Below, piece after piece: positions 54,573 through 63,558 of a DNA stretch of 64,000 bases; within the stretch, counting starts at the first letter, position 1; the number at the start of each line of letters is the position of its first letter. Under the pieces are notes generated by a model. That model made no database searches. It was not told the DNA's origin and saw nothing but the letters and a program-made list of their open reading frames with translations. The stretch is from contig OZ242005.1 of the NCBI GenBank assembly GCA_965204725.1, positions 3,296,001-3,360,000 of the forward strand. Reading direction: 5' to 3'. Made by a program: the position numbers and the translations under genes. Origin of the DNA: Candidatus Latescibacterota bacterium (GTDB taxonomy: Bacteria > Latescibacterota > UBA2968 > UBA8231).

Positions 54573-56543
54573 TCAATAGACCACGGCGATAACGCCGCTC
54601 TTGATGCCCTCTTCCGATTGGATGTCTACCGCTATTTGATACAAATAGAGTCCTGGGGGTACCAGCCGATTGGAGTGGTCTGTTCCATCCCAAGGGTGGG
54701 AATACTCTCCGATGGAAATGTCCCCGGCGTATATTTGCTTAACTAGCCGGCCGGACAAGTCGAAGATTTCCACGGAGACGGGAACCTGAGCTGTCACCCG
54801 CAGGAGCTTGTAGGAAATATGCACCACGTCGTTGGTGGCATCGCCGTTGGGCGTAAAGGGATTGGGCTCAATTTGCGGTGTAGATACTAGTGAACTAATC
54901 AGCGATGTTTTCACCGAAATTCCGTCGCTCTCAATCTCGTCGTCGGCGTTGCCTGGGTTGATGCGTTGGCGCACTTCGTTTGGCTCGGCTCTGTTGAACA
55001 CCTTACCAGTAAACAGCGTACCTACTTCCCGCAGTACCGGAGCATTGAACACCACCTCGATCAAGGCCCCGCTGTCGGTCGGTTCCAGCTTGCGCGGAAA
55101 GTCGATCTCAAAGCCCAAGCCATCCGCCGTTTTCGTCCAGAGAAAATTGTCGTAATTGATCGCGTCTATGCGCAGCGAATCGACCGAAACCACCCCCGAG
55201 GGCGTGGAAATTTCCACACCGTCAAAACCTCGGTCGCTAGCCCGGATGGTCGGTCGAATAAAATAGGTGAATTGCGTCACCTGCCCCACTTGGGTGTCCA
55301 CCGGGAAAATTTCGCCCACCAAGCTATGCACGGCCGGTGGCACGGAGGCCTTGAACTCGACATAGTCAATTTTGCCTCCGTCCTCGACAGTAGAAAAAAA
55401 GTCCACTTTGAGCTGGAAGAATTGGCGAGGACTAGGGGAGACGATGCTGGTCCCCGAGTTTTTGAACAGATAGGGACTGGACCAGAAACTCCAGTTTTCC
55501 GTATCGGGGCTCACTCTATCCCGGGGTTCTACCGGCTTGAGAACGTCGAGCAACTTGCGGTATCGGCTCTTGTATTCGCTCAGGGTCAAGTCGCCACCGC
55601 CATCGAGGAATTGAACGCTGTCTCGCTGCTCGGGCCGCAACTGCCAGAAAATATCGGGATGTGGGTCCGTTCCCGTCCGGGTGCGGATATTGATCTGGGC
55701 GTCCGTATCTTGGCGGCCCGACCAGCGGATCTCGCCCCAACTGGCCAGATCGCCCAATTCGATTATTTCGGATTCATACGAGGCTCGCCCCAAGAAACCA
55801 CCTCCGTAGAGTTCAAAATCGGCAAGCCCTATCTCCTTGGGTGTTGCGCGAAAAATCAGCAGTTGGATCGTTTGGGTTGATATGGGAGGATCTAAAATCA
55901 CGCTAACTTCAGGTTCGGTGTTTTCCTTTACTTCTGCTATGGTGGGGAAATTGGGAATGTTTTGAGCGATGTTGACTAGTCTACCATCGAAGGCACCAAT
56001 GGATATCCGCTCCAGAAAGTGTTCTGGTTTTTCCGCCAGAGGGCGAAATCTCACCTCTCGGATGAGAAATCGACCGCCTAAATCGAAAGTCACTTGTTCA
56101 TTGATCAACCGCCGGCCCTGCGGGCCAGCAGTGCCCACATGGAAGCTCTCTGGAGCTATAGCTGGCCACGTAAGGGCCGTAGTCGGATCTGCATCGATCA
56201 TCGCCTGTCCGATCAGTTTATTTTGATTGGCAAAAAGCTTTACCCGCACCCAGCCGTCTCGGCTCAAGAGAGTTGCGGCGATGTCCTCGTCCTCAGTAAA
56301 AAAATTGGGTTGCAGTGAACCCGCCTGCAAAGAGTCCAACTCGAGGGCATCCTGCAGTTGAGAGGCTGTCCAGTCGATTTCCCTGAAATCGATGCCGCGG
56401 CTTTCAAGGCTGTCCTTTTCTGCTGTTGAAAAAGGTGCGCCAATCCTATAGATGATCACGCTGGCGGCATTTAGGGGCCAGAGGCCGACACCCAGTAAAG
56501 CGAGTAAGAGCAAGCCTGTGGACTTGGGAGGGAGCATGCTCAT
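54573..56543 (-). CDS. Secreted protein with FlgD-Ig/T9SS-like C-terminal domain (paralogue 1)
   Basis: Signal peptide from the ATG at 56543 or 56537; FDLGGRFLIREVRF; WSFWSSPY..SPSPRQFFQ; PNPFTPNGDATND..FDLSGR..WDGTD..VPPGLY. Confidence 0.85.
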   Translation of the reverse strand: MSMLPPKSTGLLLLALLGVGLWPLNAASVIIYRIGAPFSTAEKDSLESRGIDFREIDWTASQLQDALELDSLQAGSLQPNFFTEDEDIAATLLSRDGWVRVKLFANQNKLIGQAMIDADPTTALTWPAIAPESFHVGTAGPQGRRLINEQVTFDLGGRFLIREVRFRPLAEKPEHFLERISIGAFDGRLVNIAQNIPNFPTIAEVKENTEPEVSVILDPPISTQTIQLLIFRATPKEIGLADFELYGGGFLGRASYESEIIELGDLASWGEIRWSGRQDTDAQINIRTRTGTDPHPDIFWQLRPEQRDSVQFLDGGGDLTLSEYKSRYRKLLDVLKPVEPRDRVSPDTENWSFWSSPYLFKNSGTSIVSPSPRQFFQLKVDFFSTVEDGGKIDYVEFKASVPPAVHSLVGEIFPVDTQVGQVTQFTYFIRPTIRASDRGFDGVEISTPSGVVSVDSLRIDAINYDNFLWTKTADGLGFEIDFPRKLEPTDSGALIEVVFNAPVLREVGTLFTGKVFNRAEPNEVRQRINPGNADDEIESDGISVKTSLISSLVSTPQIEPNPFTPNGDATNDVVHISYKLLRVTAQVPVSVEIFDLSGRLVKQIYAGDISIGEYSHPWDGTDHSNRLVPPGLYLYQIAVDIQSEEGIKSGVIAVVY

Positions 56544-56552
56544 CCTTTGGCG

Positions 56553-56592
56553 AAAATAAAAATAAAAAGGGGGGCGATAACCTTGCCCCCCC
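56553..56592 (-). terminator. Intrinsic terminator between the WGxIK gene and the FlgD trio
   Basis: Minus-strand ggggggc/gcccccc stem followed by ttttta tttttatttt. Confidence 0.85.
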
Positions 56593-56621
56593 AATTACCA
56601 ATCTTTCCCTAATTGTTCTAC

Positions 56622-57551
56622 TTAGCGGGAGAAACTCGCCTTGATATTTCCCCAGCTATCCGCCTCGACGGAAGTGCCCATGTCCTCGCCCGGTACCCAG
56701 ATGCTCTCATCATAGGGGAGCAGGACATAGTCGACCATAGCGGTAGCTTTGAAGTAGAGTTCTGTATCGCCGCTGTTGGTCCAGTAGCCGTTGTAATTGC
56801 CTTCAGCACCGTCGTCGTCGTCCTGAACGGCAAAGCCAATACCCATGATTTCTCCTGCCACCATGGTATGGACGATCACATCTTCGTCTTCTATGCCCGT
56901 AGAGCTAGTAGGCAAATCGTCGAAGGGAGTGAACCACATTTCCATGGACAGAGTTCCGGCCCCGCCGTTGATGTCACCCTCAAAACTCCATTTGGCACCA
57001 GAATAAGGCTCGACTCCGGCCCACGGAGCTCCGCCCCAGAGCCACATGTGATTTTCTTGGTGCAGCGTGTAGCGGTAATTCTGGGACAAAGCCCCTTCCC
57101 ATCTCTCCGGGTCCAAATCCGCCGATTGTACATTCTGGAAAATAGCGTCGCCGCTATGGTCGAAGTCTAGGGTTACCTCGACCGTATCGAAATTGTTTTC
57201 GATAGTTCCATAAAAGAGGTCGTCGAACCGTTCCTCCATGAAATACAAGATGTTGGTCACTGGACTCCAACCGAAAATGATGCGCTCAGCTAGATTGGAG
57301 GGGTCGGGGTCTCCTTGGGTGCCGGTGACAGTCTCGATCAGATCCTCATGGGTCACCCAGAAAACCGAGGGTACGTTGTCCCATTCGCTTATGTCGCCGT
57401 CCATCTGGACATCTCTTATGCCATCGACTCCAATAGGCACCTGAACGGCGGCCCAGTTTCTGTCTGACCGCAGGTGAGCCGAACTGGACGCGACCGTGAA
57501 AAGGATAAGACCCAATGCCAAGAAGTTATAACTCGTTGCTTTGTTCATCAC
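56622..57551 (-). CDS. Secreted acidic CBM9/DOMON-like protein with C-terminal TSVEADSWGNIKASF motif
   Basis: Signal peptide; MDGDISEW, GWS....LYF....DD, DTVEVTLD.D, GFAVQDDD (CBM9-like); terminal WGxIK. Confidence 0.8.
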   Translation of the reverse strand: MMNKATSYNFLALGLILFTVASSSAHLRSDRNWAAVQVPIGVDGIRDVQMDGDISEWDNVPSVFWVTHEDLIETVTGTQGDPDPSNLAERIIFGWSPVTNILYFMEERFDDLFYGTIENNFDTVEVTLDFDHSGDAIFQNVQSADLDPERWEGALSQNYRYTLHQENHMWLWGGAPWAGVEPYSGAKWSFEGDINGGAGTLSMEMWFTPFDDLPTSSTGIEDEDVIVHTMVAGEIMGIGFAVQDDDDGAEGNYNGYWTNSGDTELYFKATAMVDYVLLPYDESIWVPGEDMGTSVEADSWGNIKASFSR

Positions 57552-57709
57552 CCAAGATCCTTTCTTAGGGAGAAAACTGCTGGTTGAGCGGTGGGCTGCT
57601 TAAGGGGTTTTTTATCTCCTCCTTTCAAACTTTCGGTAGCATGGCGAGCAAAGATACTCGATACTCGAAATTATATAAAAAGAAAGGACCAGAAGATCAA
57701 GCTAATTTT

Positions 57710-59416
57710 TCATTTGGACAGGGCGCGTCCCGCGCTGCTCTTTCCATCTATGTGGACAATGCCCTCGCCCTCTTGAAGTACCACGAGCCTATTGGCAGAG
57801 AGATTTTCAAATCGTTCCTCTAGGCCACTTGGCCAGCGCACTACCAACAAGTCGATGGACTCTCTCTGCCCCAAGCCGAAATGGGCCCTCAAGTCATTGT
57901 GCGAAAGATAGCTAGCACCACTCCGAATTTCGGCACTTTGCGTGAGTCCTCCACAGCGAACCTCAACCCAGGCCCCTATACCGTCTCTGTTGCTTTCAGT
58001 CCCTATAGTCTTGACCATTAACCAGTTGTTCTTATTGCCGCCATCGTTGTGCAACAAAGTGGGGCGATCGTTTAGGTTCAGGACAAATATGTCCAGATCC
58101 CCATCGTCGTCGTAATCCCCAAAGGAAGCCCCTCTGCTCACTTTTTTAATTCCCAAGCCCTCCCCTGATAGCTGCGATACCTCGACGAAGGTGCCGTCGC
58201 CCAAGTTTTCAAAGAGTTGATTGGTCTGGGCATAGCTAGTGCCTAGGTTGGCCCTGTCCAATTGTGGAAAGAGGTGGCCATTGGCGACGAAGAGATCTTT
58301 ATCGCCGTCGTTGTCATAGTCGAAAAACTCGGTGCCCCAAGCCAAAAACTGGAAACTCTCTTTGCCCACGCCCGCGTCAAAGCTGAGGTCGGAAAAGAAC
58401 GCGCCGCGGTCGTTGTGGTAAAGCGTATTGGTTTGCTCCCAAAAGTTGGTGACGAATATATCTTGGTATAGGTCATTGTCGTAATCCCCATAGGCAATGC
58501 CCATACAGCCTTGAGCCTCACCGCTTTCGCCATAGGCAGCACCGATCATCCAGCCGATGTCGGCAAAAGTGCCATCGCCTTGGTTTTGATAAAGGAAATT
58601 GGGGCCCGTGTCGTTGGCCACATAGATGTCCACATCGCCGTCCCGGTCGTAATCGCCGCCGATCACGCCCATACCGTAGAGCCTATCTTGGTCCACCACT
58701 CGCGCCTCCACGGTCACATCCGCAAAAGTTCCGTCGCCTTGGTTGCGATACAGGATATCCCCCCCCCCCTTCATGCCGCGGGGCCCAAAGTGAACCCTTA
58801 AGCCTTTCCACATATAGGACCTATTAGGAGTGGTCTGTAGAAAGTGCTTGAAATCGACGTAGTTGGCTACGTACAAATCTAGAGATCCGTCGCTGTCGTA
58901 ATCGAGGAAGGCACATCCTGTGCTGAACCGCTCGTCTCCTATTTGGGCGTACTCGGTTACATCGACAAAAGTCCCGTCGCCTTGATTATCGTACAGTACG
59001 TTCCTGCCGTAGTTGGTTATATAAATGTCCAAGTCGCCATCGTTGTCGTAATCGCCGACGGCGCATCCCATCCCCCAGCCAGTGTCGCCCAAGTTCGCTT
59101 CGTCGGTAGCATCGACGAATTTACCGTGCTCGTTTCTATAAAAGGTATTGCGTGGATGCTCTTGGCCTGAAAAGCCAACCACTTTCGACCCGTTCAAGAT
59201 GTACAAATCCAAATCACCGTCTTGGTCGTAGTCGAAGAAAGCCGATCCTCCCATCATGCTATCGACCAAGTACGTCTGCTCTCTATCCCCGGAGACGTTC
59301 TGCGCCACAACCCCTACTTCCTCCGCTACATCCACGAACTGGACTCGCCTCTCTACTGCCCGTCCTTCGACGGCTAAAAGCCGTGAGGAAATAAGGATTA
59401 AAAAAAAGAAGTGCAT
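57710..59416 (-). CDS. CRTAC1-family FG-GAP / ASPIC-UnbV protein
   Basis: FDYDQDGDLDLY repeats, ANGH, SRGASFGDYDDDGD, HFGLG..WPSG. Confidence 0.93.
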   Translation of the reverse strand: MHFFFLILISSRLLAVEGRAVERRVQFVDVAEEVGVVAQNVSGDREQTYLVDSMMGGSAFFDYDQDGDLDLYILNGSKVVGFSGQEHPRNTFYRNEHGKFVDATDEANLGDTGWGMGCAVGDYDNDGDLDIYITNYGRNVLYDNQGDGTFVDVTEYAQIGDERFSTGCAFLDYDSDGSLDLYVANYVDFKHFLQTTPNRSYMWKGLRVHFGPRGMKGGGDILYRNQGDGTFADVTVEARVVDQDRLYGMGVIGGDYDRDGDVDIYVANDTGPNFLYQNQGDGTFADIGWMIGAAYGESGEAQGCMGIAYGDYDNDLYQDIFVTNFWEQTNTLYHNDRGAFFSDLSFDAGVGKESFQFLAWGTEFFDYDNDGDKDLFVANGHLFPQLDRANLGTSYAQTNQLFENLGDGTFVEVSQLSGEGLGIKKVSRGASFGDYDDDGDLDIFVLNLNDRPTLLHNDGGNKNNWLMVKTIGTESNRDGIGAWVEVRCGGLTQSAEIRSGASYLSHNDLRAHFGLGQRESIDLLVVRWPSGLEERFENLSANRLVVLQEGEGIVHIDGKSSAGRALSK

Positions 59417-59431
59417 ATAAACCAGCGACCC

Positions 59432-60967
59432 CTATGGGGTGTGCGCCTGCTTTCGTTTGGCGTCCAAGCTCTGGATGATCTCCTGTTGCTCTTCCGCTTC
59501 CCGATAGCGCCCTGCTTTGATATAGGCATCTTTGAGCAATCGGCGGTACTCGAGATTATGCGGATCGAGACCGACGGCCAGCTTGTACTCGTTGATCGCC
59601 TTTATATATCTGCCCTGTTGGGTATAATGAGCGGCCAATTCGCCGCGGTATTTTGGATTATCAGGCACTAAGATGACCCGTTGTTCCATGTCTGCTATAT
59701 TGCCTGCGCGCAGTTTTTTGAAGATCTCCATTTCCTTGGCACCCTCCTCGCCTCTTCCCTGTTTCAGATAGGCGTTGGCCAGACCGAAATGTGCTTCGGC
59801 ATTGTAGTAGTCGAGTTCGATGGCTTTTTTGAATTTGCCAGTCGCCTCTGCCCCTCTGCCGATCTTGGCGTACACAGACCCCAAGGCATAGTGAAAAATC
59901 GACCGGTCGGGCTCGAGCCGGATGGCCTGCTGGTATTCCTCAATAGCTTCTTGGTATTTTTTGTCTCTCGAGTGGATCATGCCGAGGCGGTAACGAGTGT
60001 AGGCCATATCGGGATTGACGGCGAGTGCCTTGACGAACTGTTCCGCCGCTTGGTCGTACTGTCGTTGGCGTTCATAGGCCATACCCAGATTGTGCTGGAA
60101 CCAACCGTTTTCAGGGGCCAATTCCACGGCCTTGCGATGTTCCTCGACAGCGGCGGCTAGCTTGTCTTGGTCCGCCATGACAGCCCCCAGCAGGGCCAAG
60201 GACTGATCGGTATAGACCAAGCCCAGTTTATCATGCACATCGGCCCAACTCGGCTCGAGTTGCAATGTTCTATGGAATGCTTCTGCGGCCTCTGACAGCT
60301 TACCTATTGCCATATAGGCGTTCCCCAAGACAAAGTGGATAGACGGTTCGTTGGCGACGGCCTTGGCCGCCTGCCGCAATTCCTCTATGGCTTGAGAATA
60401 GTCCCCTTCTTCTAGATATATCGTCCCGAGCCGGTAGCGAGAGGGGCCGTAGTTGGGGTTGACTTCGATAGCTGCTTTGAAATGCTCTGCTGCTTGAGTT
60501 CGCTCTTGGGTCTGCACGTAGATGACCCCTAGTCCGTGGTGGGCGGGAAAGTACTTGGGGTCAGCCTCAATGGCCTTTTGGTAAGAATCGAAAGCCTCGT
60601 CGTACTCTTGGCGAATGAAAAAAATTTTACCCAACTTGTAGTGTGCTGGCGCGTAGCCCGGATCAATCTGGAGTACCTTGGCAAATTCCTCTTCCGCCTC
60701 GCTCAATCGGCTTTGTAGGGCGTAAATGAAACCGAGGCCGTCGTGCGGATAGATATTATTGGCATCTAGTTCTATCGCCTTCCGGTACTCTCTCTCCGCG
60801 CTTTCATAGTCGCCCTTTTGGGCATGGCTTATCCCGAGTCTATAATGCTCTTGGCTCCTTGAGGAAGCACCCACATCCTGTCCATGCACGGCTCCAATGT
60901 GGTACAGGGTACATACCAATGAAATTACATGGCTGATCGATGCCTTGTGCAGACTTGGAAAATACAT
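59432..60967 (-). CDS. Multi-TPR protein, probably secreted
   Basis: About 12 TPR units (H..LG..Y......A...Y.KAI..DP); start taken at the ATG at 60967. Confidence 0.92.
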   Translation of the reverse strand: MYFPSLHKASISHVISLVCTLYHIGAVHGQDVGASSRSQEHYRLGISHAQKGDYESAEREYRKAIELDANNIYPHDGLGFIYALQSRLSEAEEEFAKVLQIDPGYAPAHYKLGKIFFIRQEYDEAFDSYQKAIEADPKYFPAHHGLGVIYVQTQERTQAAEHFKAAIEVNPNYGPSRYRLGTIYLEEGDYSQAIEELRQAAKAVANEPSIHFVLGNAYMAIGKLSEAAEAFHRTLQLEPSWADVHDKLGLVYTDQSLALLGAVMADQDKLAAAVEEHRKAVELAPENGWFQHNLGMAYERQRQYDQAAEQFVKALAVNPDMAYTRYRLGMIHSRDKKYQEAIEEYQQAIRLEPDRSIFHYALGSVYAKIGRGAEATGKFKKAIELDYYNAEAHFGLANAYLKQGRGEEGAKEMEIFKKLRAGNIADMEQRVILVPDNPKYRGELAAHYTQQGRYIKAINEYKLAVGLDPHNLEYRRLLKDAYIKAGRYREAEEQQEIIQSLDAKRKQAHTP

Positions 60968-61025
60968 GGAGCAATTGTCCTCTCTTAGAGACCACCGTGC
61001 GTCTTGCCGAACGGGTCGGGGGAGA

Positions 61026-63284
61026 CTAGTGGGTGTGTGCCATCCCGTCCGACCCGTTGCCCGGGGCCAGGGCGAAAGATTTGAACTGCCAGCGAGTCGG
61101 ACGCGAATCACCTTCGCGGATGTATATGCTTTGGTCCATTTCTATATCGTTGAAATGCTGCACTTCCCCGCTGGTGGGCCAGATGATTTCAATAGCTTGG
61201 ATAGACTCAGCCTGTCCCAAGCCTATTTCGCATTGTAGGCTGGAGGCACCAAAACTGCCTCCGCTGGTCACTGTGGAATAAATGTCGCGGCTGCCATGTG
61301 GGGTATTCACGCTTACTTTTATGCGTGCTCCAATGGCGGCCCGATTGGTGCGCTTGCCTTCGAGCCGGAGCTTGATCCAATGATTGCCGTGGCCCGGATT
61401 GGCAAAGAGGACGTTCTGATAGGTGTCGCCGGTAAAAGCCCCGCCAATGACCGCAAAAATATCTTGGTCGCCATCGTGGTCAATATCGCCAAAAGCCACA
61501 CCGTGGCCCTTTTGCAAATGCCCAAAGCCGCCCGAGGTGGTGACATCTTGGAAGAAATTGCCGTCGGCATTGCGGAACATGCGGTTGGGGACTAGCGTAG
61601 CCATATACGGGTCGCCGGTGCCGATATAACAATCTTGGTACCCGTCGTTGTCTAGGTCGCCAAAATTGCTGCCCATGGCGAGGAGGGGCTCGTCGAGCCC
61701 TACTTGGCGTGTGACATCGGTAAAAGTACCGTCGCCGTTGTTGCGGTATAGACGAGGCTCTTCGGCGCGGTGCGGCAAGCCCAAATAAGCGGCCGCCACA
61801 TCCGCTACCTCGCCCTTGAAACCGGCGACGAATAGGTCCTGCCACCCGTCGTTGTCGTAGTCCCAGAACCAAGTCGGAAAACTGTAGGGCGGTCCAGCTA
61901 CACCTGCCGTGGCGGTCACATCGGCGAAACGCCCACTCCCCTGATTGCGAAAGAGCAGATTGGACTCTTTGGGTGCCAGACGCGAGATGTACAGATCCAG
62001 TTGTCCATCGTTGTTGTAGTCGCCCCAGACGACGCCTTTGGTCCATCCGACCACATCGAGTCCCATTGCCTCGGCCACGTCAACGAATTGTACCGCCGAC
62101 ACGCCGCGCCCAGAGTCTGCGCCTTTGTTGCGGAACAATTCGCACGGATGAGTAGCCCGCCCCTGCGATTCGTTGCCGACAAATAGGTCGATCCACCCGT
62201 CGTTGTCAAAGTCGCCCCAAGCTGCTGTCTGCGTTGGGTGGAAAGTGAGCAAGCCGGCTGCCTCGGTCGCATCGAAAAATCGCCCGTTTCCGCGATTGGC
62301 CAACAGCGAGTTAGGGTAGCGTCCCTCGTCGAGCCAAGCACCGCGCAGCACCAGCACATCCGCATAGCCGTTGTTGTCGTAGTCGGCTTGACAGATATTC
62401 AAACCACCCACAATACCTTCCAAGCCTGCCGCTTGGGTGCGATCGGCGAAGGTGCCGTCCCCTTGGTTGCGGAAGTAGCGGAGTGGGTCGCGCAGTCCCC
62501 AAGATGAAGCCACGATGTCGAGATAGCCATCGCCGTCAAAGTCTTCCATGATGGCCCCCCCCGAAAGTCCCACCACATCCAGCCCTAGCTGAGGAGCGAC
62601 GTCGCGAAACCCCCCAATATCGTAGTCAGAGGTGAATGCTGCGGGTGGTATCAGTAAGTTCTGAGGGACCTCTTCTGGATACTGCCCCAGCGTCATATAG
62701 GCGATATTGAGCAGCCAACGAGCCGACAAATCGCTTGGATTTCTGCTCAGAACTCTCAAAAATTCCTCGACAGCGGCACTTGATCCGCGCTTGATTTGAT
62801 GCACTCCAGTGCCGCGGATCGGCATTAGACAAGAGTCGATATTGTGTTGCACAATGCAGTTTTCTTGTTCGCCCAAACGGAGATAAGCCAAGCCCACTAG
62901 CAGTTGGAGAGAATGCCGAAGCCGAGGATGGTGAACCACAGTCTGTAGTTGCCGGTACTCCTGCACTGCTTGCTCGGATTGCCCGGCTTGCAGCAATTCG
63001 TTGGCAAGGGAAAAGCGAGCTTGCAGGATCTGCTCTCGTCCTTGAGGATTGACAGCCGCACCGGATTGGCGTAGGTGGTCCAACCGAGCGCGGAAATATG
63101 CAACTCGGTCCAAATTCACATACGGATGCGTGGCGGGATCGACATTGACGGCTATGTCTTCTAGGAGGCCGGCCATGCGCTGGGTGCTGGCTGTCTGTTC
63201 TCGCTCAGCGCAGGCTACCAAAACAAAAAACCATCCTGCAACAACTTGGACCCCGTATAGAGTGCTCTGCCTTATTATTGTCAT
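61026..63284 (-). CDS. Long-form CRTAC1-family lipoprotein (helical N-domain, FG-GAP, ASPIC-UnbV)
   Basis: Lipobox LVAC; LRLGEQENC..SC; WLLNIAYMTLG; FG-GAP repeats; FGHLQKGHG; EIGLG..WP. Confidence 0.93.
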   Translation of the reverse strand: MTIIRQSTLYGVQVVAGWFFVLVACAEREQTASTQRMAGLLEDIAVNVDPATHPYVNLDRVAYFRARLDHLRQSGAAVNPQGREQILQARFSLANELLQAGQSEQAVQEYRQLQTVVHHPRLRHSLQLLVGLAYLRLGEQENCIVQHNIDSCLMPIRGTGVHQIKRGSSAAVEEFLRVLSRNPSDLSARWLLNIAYMTLGQYPEEVPQNLLIPPAAFTSDYDIGGFRDVAPQLGLDVVGLSGGAIMEDFDGDGYLDIVASSWGLRDPLRYFRNQGDGTFADRTQAAGLEGIVGGLNICQADYDNNGYADVLVLRGAWLDEGRYPNSLLANRGNGRFFDATEAAGLLTFHPTQTAAWGDFDNDGWIDLFVGNESQGRATHPCELFRNKGADSGRGVSAVQFVDVAEAMGLDVVGWTKGVVWGDYNNDGQLDLYISRLAPKESNLLFRNQGSGRFADVTATAGVAGPPYSFPTWFWDYDNDGWQDLFVAGFKGEVADVAAAYLGLPHRAEEPRLYRNNGDGTFTDVTRQVGLDEPLLAMGSNFGDLDNDGYQDCYIGTGDPYMATLVPNRMFRNADGNFFQDVTTSGGFGHLQKGHGVAFGDIDHDGDQDIFAVIGGAFTGDTYQNVLFANPGHGNHWIKLRLEGKRTNRAAIGARIKVSVNTPHGSRDIYSTVTSGGSFGASSLQCEIGLGQAESIQAIEIIWPTSGEVQHFNDIEMDQSIYIREGDSRPTRWQFKSFALAPGNGSDGMAHTH

Positions 63285-63558
63285 TATGATTATGGCCCAT
63301 TGCCGCGCCGTTTATGTTTGCACTGGCAACCGCCGAAAATTACAGCTATAAAGCACTGTGCGGCAACTCCTTTAATTTTCGCTATACCTTCGACCCTGAG
63401 ACCTCGGTGGGAATAAAGGGGACTTGGGGCCAGCACCGAAAACCAGCCATGCAGATTAGGATAGGTGACGCACGGTCGCCGCCGTTGCAAAACTGGTGAA
63501 TCGGTGCGTTATTGAGTGCATAGTTCCCGTGGAAGATCAAACGAGTAAGGAGGTGTCA

